Shown here piece by piece: positions 59,769 through 64,000 of a DNA stretch of 64,000 bases. This DNA comes from Candidatus Zhuqueibacterota bacterium. Lineage in GTDB: Bacteria > Zhuqueibacterota > Zhuqueibacteria > Thermofontimicrobiales > Thermofontimicrobiaceae. The translations under genes and the position numbers were made by a program. The notes beneath the pieces are model-generated. The model did no database searches. It was not told the DNA's origin and saw nothing but the letters and a program-made list of their open reading frames with translations. The stretch covers positions 224,001 to 288,000 of the forward strand of contig JBMOPW010000034.1 of the NCBI GenBank assembly GCA_049322915.1, written 5' to 3'. Position 1 is the first letter of the stretch, and each line of letters starts with the position of its first letter.

Positions 59769-60740
59769 CTAATTGAGGTATTTGAGAAACGTATCCCGGA
59801 AAATGCCCTGGGCACCGAAGCTCTCTTTGAACCGTCCCAGGCCCCAATTCGGATCCATGTCCACAGTGAAAATACCAAAGTCGAGATAGCCGAAGCGGTT
59901 CTGAATCGCCCATTTGATGATCTCGTAGAACAGGCAGTTCACGCCGCGATACTGCTGGTAATCCTCGTTATGACTGATGTAAAACGCCAGCACCACCCGG
60001 TTGTTGCAGGTGAACATCACCACGCCGGCGACCATGTGTTCTTCGGCGAACGCAGCGAATAGCCGAATTCGATCCGGATAGATATTCTTCAATAACAGCA
60101 ACTCATCCAGCGTGTGGGTGGGCTGAACATTATGCCGCATTTTCAGGTTGCGTTTCAGTATGTGATAGAACGATTCGTAGTCCTCGCTCTCACGAACCGT
60201 CACGCCCAGCTTTACCGCGCGGCGCACAGCGCGTCTGGATTCCGACGAAAACGTTTGCAGGACCTCGTTCTCGCCAAAGGTCAGAGGGATCACGCTGGAA
60301 ATTTCGCGCTTGCGGTAGCCGAAGCCATTCTTCACCAGGGCAAAGTCGATGTAATTGCTGGGCCGCTGCGAATAAATGATGGGCGGTGGCGTCAGTTCCA
60401 CTCCCTGAAACTGGTTGTTCTTCGCGTACTCCAGTAGACTCTCCACCAGACGGAATGCGTCCATAATGCTCAAATTAAATTTGGTCACCAGCCCGCCGTA
60501 GGAAGAACCGCGATGCGAGGTGAGAATACGGCGATGGTGTTCGAACCGAACGGTCGCCGGAAAGACCGCAACGACGCGGTCTTCCTTTCGGAACACGAGC
60601 GAAAAGTCCTCAAAGCGCCCTTCAGGGTGATAGTTCAAAAATCTCCGCGTCTGAAAGATGGTCCCGTTGTTGGATTTCCAGACAAAGTCATCCCAATTCT
60701 CAGCAAGTGATTTGTCGAATGGTTGTATTTCGATTTTCAT
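59769..60740 (-). CDS. GNAT/FemAB-like acyltransferase
   Basis: NGTIF....FL.YH, SYGG, LDFG, GL.RFKESFGA. Confidence 0.8.
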   Translation of the reverse strand: MKIEIQPFDKSLAENWDDFVWKSNNGTIFQTRRFLNYHPEGRFEDFSLVFRKEDRVVAVFPATVRFEHHRRILTSHRGSSYGGLVTKFNLSIMDAFRLVESLLEYAKNNQFQGVELTPPPIIYSQRPSNYIDFALVKNGFGYRKREISSVIPLTFGENEVLQTFSSESRRAVRRAVKLGVTVRESEDYESFYHILKRNLKMRHNVQPTHTLDELLLLKNIYPDRIRLFAAFAEEHMVAGVVMFTCNNRVVLAFYISHNEDYQQYRGVNCLFYEIIKWAIQNRFGYLDFGIFTVDMDPNWGLGRFKESFGAQGIFRDTFLKYLN

Positions 60741-60744
60741 TTTC

Positions 60745-61665
60745 TTACCTGGCCATTAATTTAACCATAATCGCTTTTTGAGCGTGCAGCCTGTTTTCGG
60801 CCTCATCAAAGACGATGGAATTTTTGCTCTCAATGACGCTATCGGTGATTTCCTGTCCGCGATGCGCCGGCAGACAATGCATCACGTAGGTGTCTTTTCG
60901 CGCCGCCTGCATCAGTTCGTCGTTCACCTGATAACCGGCAAACGCCTTGTTCTTTTCCTCAGCCTGCGTCTCCTGGCCCATGCTCGCCCAGACATCCGTG
61001 TAAATGACGTCAGTGTCCTTCACTGCTTTTTTCGGATCGCGATAAATGGTGACCTCGCTGATGCCGGCATTCCTGGCATTGGCCACGACATTGGGATCCG
61101 GGTCGAATCCTTCGGGCACAGCCAGCGCCAGGGTCATTGGATAGCGCGACGCGAAATTCAACCAGGAGTGCGCGAGATTGTTGCCATCGCCCACAAAAGT
61201 CACTTTCAAATTGTCCAGCGTTTTTCTGTGTTCGAGAATCGTCATCACATCGGCCATCACCTGACACGGATGGTTGAAATCGCTCAGCCCATTGATGACC
61301 GGCACGGAAGAAAATTTGGCCAATTCGACCACATCATTGTGCCCAAACACCCGGGCCATAATTCCGTCATTGTACCGGGCCAGCACGCGGGCAACATCTT
61401 TCACGGCTTCGCGAGTGCCCAGACCAATATCATTCGGCGAAAGATACAGCGCATGGCCTCCCAACTGAAACATGCCCACTTCGAATGAAATTCTCGTTCT
61501 GGCTGATGGCTTTTGAAAAATCATGGCCAGCGTTTGTCCTTTCAACAGATGATGGGTTTCACCCCGTTTTTGCTTTGCCTTCAATTCAATGGCAAGGTCA
61601 AATAACTCTGTAATTTCCTCTTTTGTCAAATCGGCAATGGATAGAAAATCTTTTTTCACGAACAA
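60745..61665 (-). CDS. argF: Ornithine carbamoyltransferase
   Basis: SARTR, HPCQ, WASMG, HCLP. Confidence 0.93.
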   Translation of the reverse strand: MFVKKDFLSIADLTKEEITELFDLAIELKAKQKRGETHHLLKGQTLAMIFQKPSARTRISFEVGMFQLGGHALYLSPNDIGLGTREAVKDVARVLARYNDGIMARVFGHNDVVELAKFSSVPVINGLSDFNHPCQVMADVMTILEHRKTLDNLKVTFVGDGNNLAHSWLNFASRYPMTLALAVPEGFDPDPNVVANARNAGISEVTIYRDPKKAVKDTDVIYTDVWASMGQETQAEEKNKAFAGYQVNDELMQAARKDTYVMHCLPAHRGQEITDSVIESKNSIVFDEAENRLHAQKAIMVKLMAR

Positions 61666-61767
61666 CCTCCTGAAACATGAATGTATAAATGAATTTGAGT
61701 ACGATTAGTCACAAATTTATGATCGACCTGTGATTGCTGCAATGGGCGCGCTCCCATCATTGACAAT

Positions 61768-61798
61768 CAGCCGCCAGCGAAACCTTCACTGGCGGCTG
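61768..61798. terminator. Hairpin downstream of hslU
   Basis: CAGCCGCCAG-N11-CTGGCGGCTG. Confidence 0.55.
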
Positions 61799-61833
61799 TC
61801 ATTATAAAACCGAGCGACTTTTTGCAAACGGAA

Positions 61834-63204
61834 TTACAGAATGTAGCGACTCAGGTCATCGTCCTCGACGATATCCTTGAGCGTGTCCTTGACCATTGTT
61901 TGCGTGATCTTCACTTCTTCGATTTTTGTATCCGGCACTTCGAATAAAAAGTCTTCCAGCAACGTGGTCAGAATCGTGTGCAGCCTTCTCGCTCCGATGT
62001 TTTCGGCTTTCTCGTTCACTTCGCTGGCAATGCGCGCGATTTCCCAGATGGCGTCCTTTGTAAATTTCACTTTGACGCCTTCAGTGCCCAGTAAAGCTGT
62101 GTATTGTTTGATGAGTGCATTTTCAGGCTCGGTCAAAATCCGTACAAAATCCTCGGTGGTGAGACTGTTCAATTCCACGCGTATGGGGAATCGTCCCTGA
62201 AGCTCCGGGATCAAATCCGATGGTTTCGATACATGAAATGCGCCGGATGCGATGAACAGGATGTGGTCTGTTTTCACCATGCCATACTTGGTGATCACGC
62301 TGGAGCCTTCGACAATGGGAAGAAGATCGCGCTGCACGCCTTCGCGGGAAACATCAGGGCCATGTCCGGAATTTTCTCCGGCGATTTTATCGATCTCGTC
62401 CAAAAACACAATGCCCGAATTGGTCACACGTTGAATCGCCTCGCGGATCACATCTTCCATGTCAATGAGCTTCTGCGTCTCTTCCTGAATGAGGTATTTT
62501 CGCGCATCAGGGATGGACATTTTCCGTCGTTTCATTTTTCGCGGGAAAATGGGTCCCAGCAAATCCTGAATATTCATACCCATCTCCTCGACGCCCATGG
62601 GCGAAATGACCTGCATCATGGGCGATGTTTCTGACGGTACATCCAGTTCCACAGTGCGATAATCCAGTTTCCCTTCACGGAGCTGACTTCTCAGTTTTTC
62701 TCTCGTGCGCTGTCTTTGCTGCTGCTTCTGGGCAATTTCTTCGCTGGAATTTTTCAGTTCATCTTCACCGTTCCGCGGTGGCGGCAGCAGCAAATCAATC
62801 AATCGCTCCTCGGCCAGCTCCGTTGCTTTTTGCTGCACCAGAACCGTCATCTCATTCCGCACCATGGATACGCCCAGATCGACCAGTTCCCGAATGATCG
62901 ATTCCACGTCGCGCCCCACATACCCGACTTCGGTGAATTTCGACGCTTCGACTTTCAGGAATGGCGCGTTGGAGAGCCGCGCCAAACGACGGGCGATTTC
63001 CGTCTTGCCGACGCCGGTCGGGCCGATTAAAATAATATTATTGGGCATGATTTCTTCGCGGAGGGACTCATCCACTTGTTGCCTGCGCCAGCGATTTCGC
63101 AAGGCAATGGCCACCGACTTCTTAGCCTTGTCCTGGCCAATGATATATTTATCCAATTCCCGAACGATCTGTTTTGGGGTTAATTCATTAGAATTATTTC
63201 TCAT
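61834..63204 (-). CDS. hslU: ATP-dependent protease ATPase subunit
   Basis: [29 protein letters not shown] before ATG 63204. Confidence 0.97.
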   Translation of the reverse strand: MRNNSNELTPKQIVRELDKYIIGQDKAKKSVAIALRNRWRRQQVDESLREEIMPNNIILIGPTGVGKTEIARRLARLSNAPFLKVEASKFTEVGYVGRDVESIIRELVDLGVSMVRNEMTVLVQQKATELAEERLIDLLLPPPRNGEDELKNSSEEIAQKQQQRQRTREKLRSQLREGKLDYRTVELDVPSETSPMMQVISPMGVEEMGMNIQDLLGPIFPRKMKRRKMSIPDARKYLIQEETQKLIDMEDVIREAIQRVTNSGIVFLDEIDKIAGENSGHGPDVSREGVQRDLLPIVEGSSVITKYGMVKTDHILFIASGAFHVSKPSDLIPELQGRFPIRVELNSLTTEDFVRILTEPENALIKQYTALLGTEGVKVKFTKDAIWEIARIASEVNEKAENIGARRLHTILTTLLEDFLFEVPDTKIEEVKITQTMVKDTLKDIVEDDDLSRYIL

Positions 63205-63282
63205 AATGCTCCTTAATAACAACGTCCCATCCTGATAATCAAGTTCACAACTCCTATCCAGTAGCAGCGTCAAAAGCAAGCT

Positions 63283-63840
63283 CTACAATGTCTCAACCAT
63301 GATTTTATCATTCGTGTAAATACAAATGGATGCGGCAATTTTCATGGATTCTTCAGCAATCTGGGCAGCTCCGAGTTTGGTATGTTTGATCATTGCCCGG
63401 GCAGCTGCAAGCGCGTAGGCACCGCCAGATCCCAACACGAGAATATTATCGTCAGGTTCAATCACATCGCCGGTGCCGGAGATCATGAAGCTATTGTTCA
63501 TATCAATCACGGCCAGTTGCGCCTCCAGCCGCCGAAGGTATCTATCCGTGCGCCAGTCTTTGGCCAGTTCCACTGCCGAGCGCGAAAGATTGCCATTGTA
63601 TTGAGTTAATTTCGCTTCGAATTTTTCGAACAGGGTCAGCGCGTCAGCGACCGCCCCGGCAAAGCCCACCAGCACCGAATCATTGTACATCTTCCTGATT
63701 TTGCGCGCGCTGTTTTTCATCACGGTATGCCCAAACGTGACCTGTCCATCGCCAGCCATGGCCACTCCGCCATTATGTCGAATTCCAATTATTGTCGTCG
63801 ATCGAACCATTCTTCTCATCCTCACATTGTTATTTTGCAT
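63283..63840 (-). CDS. hslV: ATP-dependent protease peptidase subunit
   Basis: TTII...GDGQVT, GSGG. Confidence 0.97.
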   Translation of the reverse strand: MQNNNVRMRRMVRSTTIIGIRHNGGVAMAGDGQVTFGHTVMKNSARKIRKMYNDSVLVGFAGAVADALTLFEKFEAKLTQYNGNLSRSAVELAKDWRTDRYLRRLEAQLAVIDMNNSFMISGTGDVIEPDDNILVLGSGGAYALAAARAMIKHTKLGAAQIAEESMKIAASICIYTNDKIMVETL

Positions 63841-63879
63841 AAATCTATTTTCTTCAGTTCAAATTTCTCTGGCCGTCTG

Positions 63880-64000
63880 TCAAATTTTTCGCCGCAGTCG
63901 CGAGACCGGTATATTCATCTGTTCCCGATATTTCGCTACAGTTCTCCGCGCGATGTTGAAACCGTCCTTCTTCAATATCTCCACAATCTTCAGATCATTC
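63880..64000 (-). CDS. rpoN: Sigma54 factor, C-terminal end (partial)
   Basis: Manual translation NDLKIVEILKKDGFNIARRTVAKYREQMNIPVSRLRRKI contains the RpoN box. Confidence 0.93.
   Translation of the reverse strand, partial: NDLKIVEILKKDGFNIARRTVAKYREQMNIPVSRLRRKI

Overview
A gene-dense 64 kb bacterial chromosomal window from a diderm anaerobe. TonB receptor, TolC, a GT9 LPS enzyme and an FlgD-tailed giant protein with a PorV-like partner suggest an FCB-group lineage such as KSB1/Calditrichota (inference only). It contains: two PAS-kinase/sigma54-regulator pairs; a trimeric group A [FeFe]-hydrogenase locus (hydA-hydC-hydB) with a short, non-bifurcating-type HydB, embedded in receiver/kinase genes and next to a TM1266 regulator, a TonB receptor and an ECF S-component; a Yip1-TolC-MFP-ABC (YknWXYZ-like) efflux operon with a SigW-type promoter; a small redox operon; fused NagB; nucleoside salvage genes; a 2188-aa secreted metallophosphoesterase with PorV/FadL-like barrels; cstA; GH78; envelope glycosyltransferases; argF, hslUV and the 3' end of rpoN. 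The most striking hidden signal is at 26.6-27.8 kb. Two consecutive small ORFs each carry an in-frame TGA followed by a SECIS-like hairpin: a 52-aa single-TM protein absent from the ORF track, and an FmdB zinc ribbon ending ...PFT-U-G-stop. They lie between DUF6132 and a thioredoxin, forming a candidate tandem-selenoprotein operon. No rRNA, tRNA, CRISPR array or transposase was seen.
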